DNA of 64,000 nt from Octopus bimaculoides (taxonomy: Eukaryota), in the NCBI RefSeq assembly GCF_001194135.2, contig NC_069000.1, forward strand, positions 1,000,667 through 1,064,666, written 5' to 3'. The position numbers and the translations under genes are program-made. Position 1 is the first letter of the stretch. The number at the start of each line of letters is the position of its first letter. Below are positions 38,722 through 51,954 of the stretch, in pieces. The notes under the pieces are model-generated. The model was given only the letters and a program-made list of their open reading frames with translations. It did not search any database and was not told where the DNA came from.

Positions 38722-39354
38722 GGGTGTGTTCATTGACCTCTCTCTCAACAATGCTCCAGATGTAATAGTGCAATGTGTGGGTGTGTGGTATGTTGGTATG
38801 AAGTAACATCATATATGTCATAGAAAATATGGTTCTTGGTTCACTACTCCTAGGAAGAGAGAATGCCTTTGATAATAGGGGTCTTCTTGAAATGAGTGTA
38901 ACTCTTACCCAGCCTTGTATTAACCACTCTATCCAGTCCTTATTCTTCAGAATGTTATCCCTCTGGAACTCCCTCCTCATTGCACTTTAAGAACATCATC
39001 AACCATATTGGTGTCACTGACCTTGTGAAGGCCTTGGCAAAGCCCCCTTTTCAAGATCAAACCAATTAATAAATCAAAAGTCCTTATCTCTATTTAGTTT
39101 TTAATTGTTGTTCAATGTTGTTTTCTTCCAAAAGTTTCTCAGCACAATTAATATCCTAACATCTGTTTCGAATGCATCATGATATGGCTTCTACTCTTTA
39201 AAAAGACACTGGGTTTTATTTCTGCATGTGTTTGTGGTTTTGCTCAAGCATGGCCATTTTTCACCATGTAAAAAATAAAAACAATATTTTCCTCATTAGT
39301 TGATTACTTTGTCTTTCCTGATATTTGTGTTTCTTCTTTTTTAAATCTTTCTAG

Positions 39355-40139
39355 GTATCTACACGTCCACCATGTCAAATGTATCTAATGAGTTTATGAC
39401 TGGAGTCACTCCAGCTCGATGGACCTTTGGTATCTGGGGAGTAATCTACTTCTGGATGGCTGCCTGGATCATCTACTGCCATGCTGCTATCTTCATTAAA
39501 TGGGACGGTGATTACTTGTATAAAAACGATGTATTTGCACCTGGCATCTTTTTTGTCCTTTATAGCATCAACCTGATTCTCAACTTCACTTGGCTCATTC
39601 TCTTCGACAGAAAGCTCATTGTTGCTTCTTTCTTTGTTCTCCTTGCATTGGCAATCACTGCCGTTGCATGCTTATGCATAGCCATGTACGCGTTTAAGAA
39701 GGGAATGCAAAACATTGCCCAATCTGAATTCAAGCTCCACTTCTGGCTCATCCAGATCCTAATGTTCAACGGCATTGCCTGTTACGCTACATGGCTGACC
39801 ATAGCCACTAACCTAAACCTCAACATTGCTCTGACATATGCATGGAATTTTAATGGAGACACAGTGATTCTTATCGTCCTGCTTTTTATTGGTGCAACAA
39901 TTATTTCAGCAGACATGATTATCTTTGAGAAACATACTCTTTACATTATCACACCTTATTTGGTTCTGGTGGTTGCCCTCTATGGCGTTGTTGATGAACA
40001 TGTTGATATAGAGGACTTGTCTCGTATTGGTATATTCATGATAGTTGTACTGGCCCTCTTCTGTGGTGGTCTTCTCTATAAAATTGTTGCAACTATTTGG
40101 AGACACTTCCGATGTCAACGGCCTGCAGCACTAATCTAG
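39355..40139 (+). CDS. Variable terminal exon B; with exon 27398-27506 gives a 297-aa paralogous membrane protein
   Basis: Acceptor tctttctAG at 39353-39354, then GT ATC TAC ACG TCC ACC ATG in frame with ORF 39372-40139. Motifs TPARWTFGIWGVIYFW, NFTWLILFDRK, NGIACYATW, KIVATIWRH; stop TAG at 40137-40139. Confidence 0.9.
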
Positions 40140-40892
40140 AACAGCTTCCTCCAAGTCTTTGTCTCTCACCCATTTCTTTGCTTGCACTATTTTTCAATCC
40201 TATAAAAACTCCTGATAACCAAGATGGTATTTTATTTGGGCTTTCTCCTCCATTCTTAGCTTCTTCTGTCTTGCTCAGTTGTTTCATTTTCCATCAGTAA
40301 AGCTTTGTCATTTTAATCTCATCAAAAATATACAAAAAAAAAATTAATTTTTCTAATTAGTAATTACTTTATTTAGTGGCATATAAGACACTTACTTCCC
40401 CTCAAAATTGTCTCAGAATATCCTCCAGGGTCCTATATGTAATGTTGGGCCTACATGCTTTAATACACTAAATGTTTTTTCTCTCACTATGTGCTGTCGA
40501 AATTGGGGATGCATTTAAGATGGCCAAGTGTCTTTTATGCCAACAAATACGGTACCTTATTATTCCATTTATTTCGGAGTTTTGGGAGTATTTTTCGGTT
40601 TTTCTGCTTCAAAGACAAGTTGCTTCATTTCTTCCATTATGGAATATTAAGTGCAAATTGTTAAAATTTATAGATTTGCACTTTGTATTTTCTGAAACCT
40701 TGCAACTTTCACGTCTTTCTTCGTTTGTCGCTTCAATCAATTTCACAATCTTGTTAATTAATTGTCCTTCACCTTGACATAATAATGGCTTTGCTCTCGT
40801 TAACTCTTGTCTCAATTCTGACACAAATTACACACACTAAATTACTGAAATGTCTTTAACTCAAGTTAAAAGTGTGTGTGTCTGTGTGTGTG

Positions 40893-41180
40893 AAGGCATG
40901 TGGCCTAGTAGTTAGGGAGTTGCACTCACGATAGCTAGATTGTGGTTTCAATTCCTGGACTAGGTGGTACATTGTGTTTTTGAATGAGCAATTCATCTCA
41001 TATTTCTCTGGTTCACTCAGGCGTAAATGAGTTACCCTGCAAAGGGCCAGCCTCCCAATCAGGCGGAATGTTGGCCTCTTCACCTAGCTTGTGGGGTAGC
41101 AGCATCTGAAAGCTAAAACAATGCAAAGTGCACTGTGACCAGCGATGTGGAACAACATCTGATAGTCTGGTTGATCACCA
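40893..41180 (+). mobile_element. tRNA-derived SINE with degenerate CORE-like domain
   Basis: ggcatgtggcctagtagttaggg...ggtttcaattcctgg...ggttcactcaggcgtaaatgagttaccc. Confidence 0.65.
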
Positions 41181-41193
41181 TGATATATGTATA

Positions 41194-41225
<32 letters not shown>

Positions 41226-42190
41226 ATGTTTGTTTTTATGTCAAGAGATATATAAAAACCATTTAAGATTAAACTGAAGAATTGTTTAATACTTTATAGT
41301 TGAGTAAATGTTTATTAAATTTTTACAAAGGAAAGGATTCACCTCTATCAGACTGTCTGACAAAGGTGAGGAAACCAAAACTTCAAAGTTACTGTTAACC
41401 TTTCCCTGGTAAAAGTTACACACACACACACACATAAATATTGTGTCATTGTCGACCAATTGATTTTATGTTGTATTGTTATTGCATAGTGCCAGATGCA
41501 CAATTTGAAAAATAAAAAACTGGATGGTCACAGTTGGAACCGCTTTCATTGTAGGTATGTTTAATCAGGGTTGACTTGGTGCTATATACAACTTTTTTAT
41601 CTCATCCATCATCTCCCGTCTTTACAGCATCTTTACAGCATCTCCCTCATCATAACGTCCATTTAAAGCCAGTGAAAGAGGCAACCACCATTCTGCAAAT
41701 GGTTCTGGTTTTATTTGAAATTATTTTAATTCTTAACATTGTTATCATTGGGCTTGTGGTGTTCAAATCTTACCATGGTTGATTTTGTTTTTCAACTTTC
41801 CAGGGTCAATAAAATAAACACCTGTCTGTCATGTACTGATTTCAGTTTAGCCAACCATGCCCTTCCCTTACAAATTTGTATCATTGTATTCCTACAATTA
41901 TTATCAGCAACTTTTATTTTTTTAAAGTCAGTTTTTTCTCATAACTTTTCCTTTCGCTCAAAGTCATCTATTTTCATGTATTGATCTATTGATCTTTTCA
42001 AAATTACTCAAGCTGAAGGGAGTTCCTTTTAATCCTTTCCAATATGATTCTCAAACAATAAAGATGGAACATGTAACTAGAAATCAGGAAATTCTTTAAC
42101 CCATTCCTAAAAAAAGACACCGTCCAATTTGTTTTTGAGCTAATTTTGAAAGCAATAAAGTATTTGGAAGGAATTGATCAAACAAAATTA

Positions 42191-42756
42191 CGATATTCGC
42201 TGGTGTATAAGACACACTCTCATGTAAGATGCATTTCTGTTTTACAAATATATTTTGTGGAGAAAAACAAATGTTTCATCGCACACTTATTTGAAGACAT
42301 TTTAGGCTGGGGGGGGGGGCAATGCATGTTTCTGTGCAAGTAGATACAATACTGTGACAGTATACAGCAATAAAGTTTGAAACTATAAATAAACTGTTAC
42401 ATATAAGTATTGTATTTCAAATTTATCTTGCTTTAGTTCAAAACTGATTGTGATGTTTTGTGTTACAACAATCTGCCACCAGGGTGCTGAACCACTGCTA
42501 TGATTTTGGTGTCATCCACTCATTGCAAAATCCTGACAGGCATATGAAAGGTTAACGAAACATTCCTTTCATCTTTCTTGGGGAATTTTCACTTAAATAA
42601 TAACAAAAAGAAACTTTCTTAAATGTAATGCAGTCCTTAAATAAGACATATATCAGGTGTGGGTTATGTATGAGTTGATGTAACCAGTTGACAGGGGCAG
42701 TTTTTTAATAAATTTAGAAATAAAAAGAAACATGTCTTATACACTGGCAAATACCA
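42191..42756. mobile_element. Possible pogo/Tigger-like MITE
   Basis: Degenerate inverted ends cgatattcgctggtgtataagacac and catgtcttatacactggcaaatacc, resembling CCGTATTT..GGTGTATAAGACGC termini; TA nearby on both sides. Confidence 0.5.
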
Positions 42757-43225
42757 TAACATTTGTTTATCAAGCTGGTTTTTGGAACATAACGTAATGG
42801 GGTAAAGTTCTGATGTAAAACTGTTAGAATATAAATATTTAAATTAAAGGGTCTCGAATTACAGAACAATTAATTTAAACTCATCAGAACTAGTAACATT
42901 CTTTCAAAAACCTGAAGGTCGTGTCAGACAGGATGGACTCCATTTATTTCGTTATAGAAATCTTGGCTATTTTGTTCTGTTATCCTCTCTTGTTTTTTTC
43001 ATATCTTTTTATATTCTTTTAAAGTTGTAACTTTAAATATATTTTTATATTTTCTTTGTATTTTATAAATTCTCATGTTGATTGTTCTGTAACTACATGT
43101 GTACGTGAACCTGCACTAGTTTACATACCTACTATCTACTTATATATATATCTATCTATATATTACATTACATTTATGTATATGTGTATATTAATTTATC
43201 ACATTTTCTTCTGTGTACCTGACTC

Positions 43226-43263
<38 letters not shown>

Positions 43264-43861
43264 TTTATATATGGATGTTTCTTAATATCCATTACACAAT
43301 AATGTAAGATTAAGATGTATGCTTTATTAATTCAGTTTTATTTCATCACCAAAATATCCATGTTGCCTTAAACCAATCTAAATGGACATATAAAATTCAT
43401 AAGGTCTATTTCTTCTTGTGGCTGCTATCAATACAATTATTTATTTTTAATTATTAACCATGACATAACTGAAATCTCTCACATTTCCAGCACATGCATC
43501 CCTTTCTTGTACATCACACCACCTTTACATATTTTGTACAACATATAAAAATAACCTCCACTTTTTCTTTTTTCTTCCTTTATTTGGCTTTTTGTGCCTT
43601 GGGTTTTGTCTTACTAAATTCTTTGTATCTGCTCCCCGCTTTTTTTTTCTACTTGGTAACACTATGCCTTCTGCAATCAGGCATCAAATACCACAACATT
43701 AAAACTTCTCTATTTTGTCAGAAGAATAACTAAGACAATTTGCAATCTCATCTCAAACATGAGAGACTGGAATATAAAAGGCTTGAAAAGTATTCGACTT
43801 TGCATTTGTAAACTCTATTTGTGCATTTGTATGTATGCACATACATATCTACATGTGTATG

Positions 43862-43898
<37 letters not shown>

Positions 43899-44489
43899 TG
43901 GCTCATTGGATCCTGTTAAACTGTCCAACCCATGCCAGCATAGAAAATGGGTATTAATTGATGACACACACACACAACCACAGAACAGACTGCATATTTG
44001 ATTATCTTTATTCTTAGGGGTTTTTTTCTTGAAAATAATATTGAATATGTTATTATTCTCAAAAGAAAGAAAAATTTACTTTCTACGACAGCTTTTGATA
44101 GAGACTTTGTGCTAATACAATAAAACGTCTCTGATCTTTTATTCCAGACAAACAACCATCAACTTAGGTCTATACAGTTTAACATCTCTGTCATCTCAAG
44201 CATTGCTGTCAGGTATAAAGGGAGGGAAAGACACCACAAGGCATTTTGCTCAATCTTCTAACATGGAAGACAGATAGAGTTGCCATGTAAATGACATGAA
44301 ATATTTGCAGCACAGTTGCAAAGTGTTGTAAAAACTAAATTTAAATTGATTGTTTTTCTTTCTCATAAACGTAGTCAATTATGTCTCCCATGCTGTGAGA
44401 TGTCTGTGTGTGTATGTGCACACACATATATATACATACATATTTTTACATACATACCATCTAAAAACAGGCGTTAAAGGATGATGATG

Positions 44490-44531
<42 letters not shown>

Positions 44532-44763
44532 GTGTGTGTATGTATAAATATATACACACACACACATTATCCAGTTTACCTTCTCCATTTTCTTTTCCCA
44601 TTTCTTTCTCTTCTTGTCTATCCTTCCTTCTTTTCAGAAGAAGAGTGAATACTCGAAACATAAAAGACATGCTCTTCTTTTTTTGCCAGTTCTTTATTGT
44701 CAACCTAATACACTCTTTTTTTTTGCCCCCTTTTTTTTTTTAACTCTATTGTATTTTTTGCAC

Positions 44764-44828
<65 letters not shown>

Positions 44829-44989
44829 GCTTTTTGTAAAACTACAAATCTATATTTGTATTTCTACTTTGGTTTGGCAATAAATATTCTGATGCACAGA
44901 CGATGATATTGTAGTTGTGTTTTCACTTTGATACCCCTGTGGCAAATAAAAGAAAATTATATTAATTACTTTTACTCATTCATTCCATT

Positions 44990-45129
44990 TTTACATTCTG
45001 AATTCAAATGCTACCAAGGTTGACTTTGCCTTTCATCCTTTCAGGGTCAATAAAATAAGTACCAGTTATGCACTGGGGGTTGATGCAGTCAACTAACCAC
45101 TCCCCCTAAACTTGCTGGCCTTTGAAACA

Positions 45130-45171
<42 letters not shown>

Positions 45172-45420
45172 ATTATTATTATTATTATTATTAATATTAT
45201 TATTATTATTAATATTATTATTATTATTATTATTATCAACATGGTGAGGTAGCAGAATCGTTAGCACACCAGGCCAAATGCTTAGCAGTATTTTGTCCAT
45301 TTTTACATTCTAAGGTCAAATTTCGTCAAAGTTGACTTTGCCTTTCATCCTTTTGATGTCAACGGAATCAACTTACCTCCTCTCTCAAAATTTCAGGCCT
45401 TGTGCCTATAGTAGAAAAGA
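44990..45420 (+). mobile_element. Two family-1 SINEs flanking an (ATT)n tract
   Basis: ctgaattcaaatgctaccaaggttgactttgcctttcatcc at 44998-45040; ggtgaggtagcagaatcgttagc...gttgactttgcctttcatcc at 45243-45350. Confidence 0.8.
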
Positions 45421-45779
45421 TTATTATTATTGCTATTATTCGTGATCTGAGTAATACATGAAGAGAGTTTTTCTTGAACCAGGGACTTAGGTATATCTTG
45501 GAGCACAAATGTGCAGAGAAGAGTTCAAGGTTAACAAAGGAGTTCATGAGTAAAGAAATGTCTAAGGTTAACACAGCATGTCCAACATTAACAAATATTC
45601 TGTGTTCTAATGCCCTAACAATGTTTACAGATCTTCGTACTGCTATTTTCAGGAACACGCCTATGTCCACCTTAGAGGGAATTTATCAATGCCCTTACAG
45701 AAATAGTTATGTATCACTCCCATTTAACTAATTACCTATATGCTCATTAGACACAAATTAACAGCTAGGTTGGTGTCAT

Positions 45780-46460
45780 TGAGTTTCTTTCAACTTCCGT
45801 CACATTATAATCACTTTTATATTTCCCTTTGTCAAAAATTGATAGACTTACAGCCTATGGTGAGGAGTTTTGGAACCATGTGCAATGTTATTGAGAGGTG
45901 CCAGAATCTTTGAGCAGGAAGGACATCTTCTAAGGATGATTCTATGTGTGGATGGCTTTCTACATTAACAAATGATGATGACATTGTGAAAGTGTTTGTG
46001 GGGAACCATGAAAATCATGACTTATTATCCATGAAGTTTCCCAAGAAGCAGGCATTTGTACAAGTCCATGGCACATAAGTTTAAAAGAAATATTGCAGAT
46101 GCCTTATGTCACTGCTAAGTCTGTGCTGTGTCCGATGACAAACGAAAAAGAGAACTGAGTCACATTTGAGTGCTGAGGAAAATTTTCTGTTGAATTTCTT
46201 AAATAAGTAATTAAACATGGCTGCATGGAAGTGTGGCAATAATGACGGAATGGTGAGGCAGCCATTATAGCAAACTGGATCATCATCACTGTAATCAAAG
46301 AAGAATAAAGCATACCAAAGTCGCTCAAGTGTGAAGGTGATGTTGGTCTTTTAATTAATAGAAAGTCATTGTTCATCATGTGTTTGCTCCATGGAATCAG
46401 GGAATCAATAAAGCAAGGTGCAAGGAATTTCTTTATTCCACAGGTTTTTGACAGCAAAGA
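45780..46460 (+). mobile_element. Highly degenerate mariner (DD34D-type) transposase remnant
   Basis: Collinear fragments across frames: TAYGEEFWNHVQCY, LIIHEVSQEAGI, EILQMPYVTAKSVLCPMTNEKEN, KVMLVF, VIVHHVFAPWNQGINK. These match the order of mariner motifs AYGEE..S..QCYEW, LTIREVAEEVGI, LGMRRVAAKFVP, KVMLTVF, GIVHHEFVP.GQTVN. Confidence 0.7.
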
Positions 46461-46499
46461 ATGACATGGAGTGCCAGCACTAGCATCACCTCACTCAAG

Positions 46500-46538
46500 A
46501 GGTCAGGGTCAGGGTCAAGGTCAGGGTTAGGGTCAGGG
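46500..46538. repeat. (GGTCAG)n hexamer run
   Basis: ggtcagggtcagggtcaaggtcagggttagggtcaggg. Confidence 0.85.
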
Positions 46539-46723
46539 CACAACATAGACACACACACACACTTCTGTACATATTGGAGGCAGACTGGGGATTCACTAGT
46601 CTGAACATTCTGTTGCTTTAAAGTACCTTTTTATCATTAATAGGGTTATGATAATGAGCAGAGATGTTGAATTCCATGTGAGCCTGTTGTCTTCACAATT
46701 TCTTCAAGGATATACACATGCCC

Positions 46724-46790
<67 letters not shown>

Positions 46791-47032
46791 GTAAATCCAA
46801 AAAAGAACAAACACAAAAAAAAACAACAGCATGAGGACATGGTACATGTAAAGTATTAGCAGACGCTCAGGGAAGGAAAAAAAGATGGTTTAACATTTCA
46901 AGCAAACGCTCTTCTTCGGAAACAGAGGAAAGTCCAATAAAAAGGAAAACAGAGGAAGAAAATCAACAACGATTCACATGTGGTTACATATGCTTTTATA
47001 GGTGTATATATTGTATGTATATATATACATAT

Positions 47033-47926
47033 ACTAGCTGACGTACTCGGTAATTCCCAGGAAAGCAGAGCTTATCCCTTGGTTCAGTTCTCATAATTGT
47101 TTCACTAATCCAGTAACAACAATACAAAGCATGTAGCCCTTAAACAGTTTTTGTGCATTTACAGAGAATACCGAACTGTCTTATACAGGATCTTGTTTTT
47201 AGGGATTCGCAATAAGTTATGAAAACCCAAATTGTGAAGTCAGTTATGTAATAACATGAAATTAGTTACCTGATAGTAAGAATTCAAATAAAGTAGCCCT
47301 GAAAAGTGCTTTGATGCATTCCCAGAGTATATAGAACATAGGAGGAAATACTAAGGTATGCTAAAATTGTGAAGCATGTTACGTAATAACAGGATAATCA
47401 GATATGAGTTAATAATTCAAAGTAAATAACCCAGAAAAGGACTTTTGTGCGTTCCCAGAGAATATTATCCTCAGGGGCGCTAGTGTTGGTATATTCGTGA
47501 ATAAGTCACTAACTGAAATAAGGGATCTATTGTTTAGAAAAATACTATTTATTTGTTTAAGGATTGTACTGAATAAATTGTGAAAATAGTATTAGTCCAA
47601 ATACTAAGAAATGAGCATACTCATTTACCAAATAATTTAGGAAAATTGAGTTATTTCCATTGGCTATATATAAGGATCCCTACTAGGGGCGAATGGGTTA
47701 TTTCTCTTGGCTTTAAAAATAAACATATTAGATATATATATAAGGATCCCTTCCAGGGGCCCTATTATCGATGTTTTTAAACAATCTGAGTATGCCACGT
47801 AGTTTCCAGACATGAATTCTAGTCATGTGTCAAGTTTCATCAAAATCGATAAAACGATGTAGGAGGAGTTAGCTAACAACTCCACAAACACCCCCACAGA
47901 CAGAATTTCCCACATATGGAGTAGAT
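47033..47926 (+). mobile_element. Non-autonomous Helitron/Helentron-like (HINE/DINE-type) element with internal ~130-bp direct repeats
   Basis: Begins ACTAGCTGACGTACTCGG after a TA microsatellite. Ends with aagtttcatcaaaatcg...ggaggagtt...acagacaga...AGTAGAT, typical of this class. Internal repeats at 47221-47332 and 47357-47465. Confidence 0.6.
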
Positions 47927-48532
47927 ATATACAGATACACACAAATTTCACTCAAAGGTATTGATCAATGTACAGCTGTAGTAGAAGACACCAGCAACAC
48001 TCTGAAACGTAAAGTATAATTCCCAAATTAACTTCTTAACCACCAAGATATGCCTATACCTTTATTTCACATACAGGTGTGTGTGTGTGTGGAGAGAGTG
48101 GCTGATATGAGGAAGGGCATCCAACCATAGAAATAAAAAAACATAATGAAACCTAATTAAGATGTCGTCCTCAACCCAACTAGGAGGGCAGTAATTCTGA
48201 ATAGAAATGAGATGGACATAACAACCTAGCCAACCCATTTGACGATAATATACAGATATTGTGGATGTGTACATACAATATATATAAACATATATGCATG
48301 TGTGTGTGTGTGTGTGTGATTTATTTATTCATTTAAGAGTTCGCACTACGCTTATTTAGGAACCAGGTTGTCTTAAGTAACTGAGGAGGGCAGAGGGTCG
48401 AAATGATTGTAGTGTAAACCATTTGGATAAAAAAAAAGAAAAGGAACTAGTGTACACTTGCTTTTTTGTATTGAGTACTACATATGAACGTAATCAACTT
48501 CAATTGAACCAATTTCAGTGAAGTAAGACATG

Positions 48533-48579
<47 letters not shown>

Positions 48580-51502
48580 CTATTTGATAATATCGTATAC
48601 TTTCTGTTGTCAGATAACTCTAACATACATCATCACTGAGTGTATATATATAACTACAACTTATAAATAAGTCCTGGCTGTGTAGAATAATAGGAGCTGC
48701 TGCTGCTGTCATTAAAGTGGTTATTGTTAAACACAGCGACATAAGTTACATAACAGCTTGTGAATAATACTCGTTATGTAAACGTTTAACTTTGATCTTA
48801 CATAACAAACTGTTTCACTCGAATGTTCTGTAACCATTTAAAGGGGTGGAGAGTCAGACAAAACCACCCTGTGGTATTTACTTTCACCTATCTCTGTCCC
48901 AAAGTTCAAATCCTGCCGAAGTCAACTATGCCTTTTCAGCTCTATTTACTTAAGCCCTTCGTGCTCCCTATGGGGGCACACACAGAGAGGCCATCGACTT
49001 TTTCCAACCGCTCTCAATTCTGGGTCGTCTTTTCAATCCCTGTTTTTTCGCTCTACTTCTGTATTATCCTACCGCCAGTTATTTTTAGGATTTCCTCTCT
49101 TCATCACCCTTGCAGATTCTTGACCGGGGCCTGACGTGTAAATAATGGTTCCTTGATGGAAGCCCTTCCCATCTTTCACAAATCTTGTTAGTTTTCAGTT
49201 ATCCATTTACAGTGACTAGGGACCACTTTCGGAATAGCTGCCCCTATAAATTGCAATTTCTCCAGTTTGGCCAGGATTTTTCCAGATGAAATTTTTTTAA
49301 TACACATTTTAAAATTAAAACAAAACAAAAAAAATATTATTTGGCAATCCTTCGGTATTGGTCTATAGAGTATCAGTATGAGGAGACATTATTCACCGTC
49401 CTTTTCAGCCTCGCCTCTGTGATTCGGAAAAGGTTGAGGACGAATGACGTCTACCATTACCGAAGGATTACACATATTTTCGTTTGAAGCATCACATTTT
49501 TGCCTTTTCACAATATCTTTCATCATTTTATTGTTGCATTCCACATTCTCAAATATTTGCAATTCGAATTAAAATGAAATTTTTAAAATTCCTACCTCTT
49601 CCTACTCTGATCATACATTTCGTAATTAAAATGAATTTTTTTTTTCGTTAATTTTGTTTTCTTTTTCTTTTTTTTATACTTTTGCCATTCCCTCCACAAG
49701 TGACCCTCCACATCGATCTTATTTAGGTCAAACTAAAGCGTTTGACTCATAAACAATATAGAAAGACCTTGGTGGGTGCATACAGACATACAGTTTTCAT
49801 TTTGTTTCATTTTGTAGGTATTCGTGTAAGCGCCCACCAGTTTCTTTTTACATTAAATTACTTCTATAATCGTAATCTTCTCTACCAGGAAAGTAATTGT
49901 GAAAATCTCATTAAAAAACATTCATTTTTCAGAAAGTTACGAGGAAGGAAAATCGGTGGAGAAGGTCACTTGTGTTGGAAGGCCAAGCTTTTTCTCAATA
50001 CGGCATAAAAACTGAATTGAGAGAATTAAAAGAAGAATATAATAACACTTACCTTATTTAGTTGACATAATTCTCATCAAATTTCATTTCATAAATCGTT
50101 TTTTCATCTTTCACAAAAGACAACAGTTTTTATAGTCAAGAGATATTTTAGGGGTCTCATTATGCTTTTCTTCAATTAAAAAAATATTCTTTTCTACATT
50201 TAAAATGACTGAAATTTTTGATACTTCTTTCAAAATATTATTTTGTTTCGTTTTCTTTTTTTTGGCGATAAAAGTCCTTCTTTTGTAATTCAGGAAAGAT
50301 ACAATGGCGCGGGGGGAGGGGCGGTGTAAATATTTAACTTACTTTTTGTTTTGTTTTGTCTTTCTAAGTAATTCGAATTCCAAAAGTTTCAGAATGTAGA
50401 ATAAATATAATAAAATGGCGAGAAATAAATTAAAATGTATTTTTAAAAAAACAAACTATAATAATGATTGTTGTTCTGAAGGGTTACGATAAGGTGGTGG
50501 TGGTGGTTGGGGGGGGGGNNNNNNNNNNNNNNNNNNNNTATGGATTAATTTTTTTCTTTCTTTTAAGTTGTTTCCCTCCTATTGTTTTGAAATATGTATT
50601 AAAAAGATATTTGGATAACTTCCAACTAAACAGAAAGATTCTATCGTATGTAGGACAGCTATTCCAAAAGTCAACCCAAGTCAGAGACTGGGGTCGATAT
50701 TAACTATAATCCTTCACCGAGTTTGGGAAAGTTTTTTGGTTGATATTTGAATAGGATTGATAATGAAACCCAAACAATATGGGGAAAATATAAGAAATAC
50801 ACTTGCGTAATCGGAGTAATACTTAAAAGTCACTGATTAAATGCCATTATTACTAATTTTCTAAAATCTATTGTACAAACATCGTAACAAAAAGAATACA
50901 CTTCTTATAAATATATTTGAAAGTAATTGCAAATTGGAAACTTATTTAAACACACATGCAGACGTATTTACTACATATGTAGACAGATGGTGAGAGAGAG
51001 AGAGACATATATGCACACACTTTTTGTCTGACAAACAAGAGAAAGAGTTCTACATAGGCGTTTGTGAGTATAGTGTTTGACATATGGTGATTTACTCCAA
51101 TGCTTTTCAAATTTTCTTGGTGGGATCTTTTAGAAGACAACAATAACGATAGTCCATTTTTGTTATTTATAATTATAAGCAGACTTTTGTGATGAGAACA
51201 ACCATTGTCCAAATTACTAATTCTGGTTAAAAACAACAACAAACGATAATGGGAACAACTGTGAAATTTTAATAATGTAAATTAATTGAATATAAAATAC
51301 AGTCGGAGAATAAGTCTGACATCTAACAGGCTAAGTTTCAATGTTATTGGACCTCATCAGCTAAGCATGGTCTAACTATTACTGCGGAACTCAAACGATT
51401 AGAGCAGTAAATCATATGTTTGTGAATGAACCCATCCTTCACCCACTTTACTATCAAGTTTTCATGCAGCAGAAACCCTACATATTCCCCCCAGTCATTT
51501 CA

Positions 51503-51561
<59 letters not shown>

Positions 51562-51571
51562 TATATATATA

Positions 51572-51790
51572 ATCATCATCATCATCCGTTTTCCATACTG
51601 GCATGGGTTGGACGGTTTGATTGGGGTCTGGGAAGTCAGGAGGCTGCACCAGGCTCCAGTCTAATCTGGCAGAGTTTCTACAGCTGGATGCCCTTCCTAA
51701 CACCAACCACTCCAAGAGTGTAGTGGGTGCTTTTTACGTGCCACCGGCATGGGAGCCAGTCAGGCGGCACTGGTAACGACCCATGCATGA
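51572..51790 (-). mobile_element. Antisense copy of the (GAT)n-tailed LINE/SINE 3' family
   Basis: atcatcatcatcatccgttttccatactggcatgggttggacgg...ggatgcccttcctaacaccaaccactcc. Confidence 0.75.
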
Positions 51791-51840
51791 ATGGTGCTTA
51801 TTGCATACCACTAGCCAATGCCGCCTGGCACATAAAAAGT

Positions 51841-51872
51841 ACCATTCAACAATAAAGTATATATGCTATTTA

Positions 51873-51922
<50 letters not shown>

Positions 51923-51954
51923 TAAATAGCATATATACTTCATTGTTGAATGGT
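51841..51954. repeat. Palindrome: ~38-bp unique arms (1 mismatch) around a central (AT)n
   Basis: accattcaacaataaagtatatatgctatttatctctc-(AT)n-gagagataaatagcatatatacttcattgttgaatggt. Confidence 0.9.

Noticed and set aside
51325-51370. Second hammerhead-like CTGATGA...GAAAC on the minus strand
   Set aside because: Stems I and II do not pair and there is no valid NUH triplet; at most a decayed relic.
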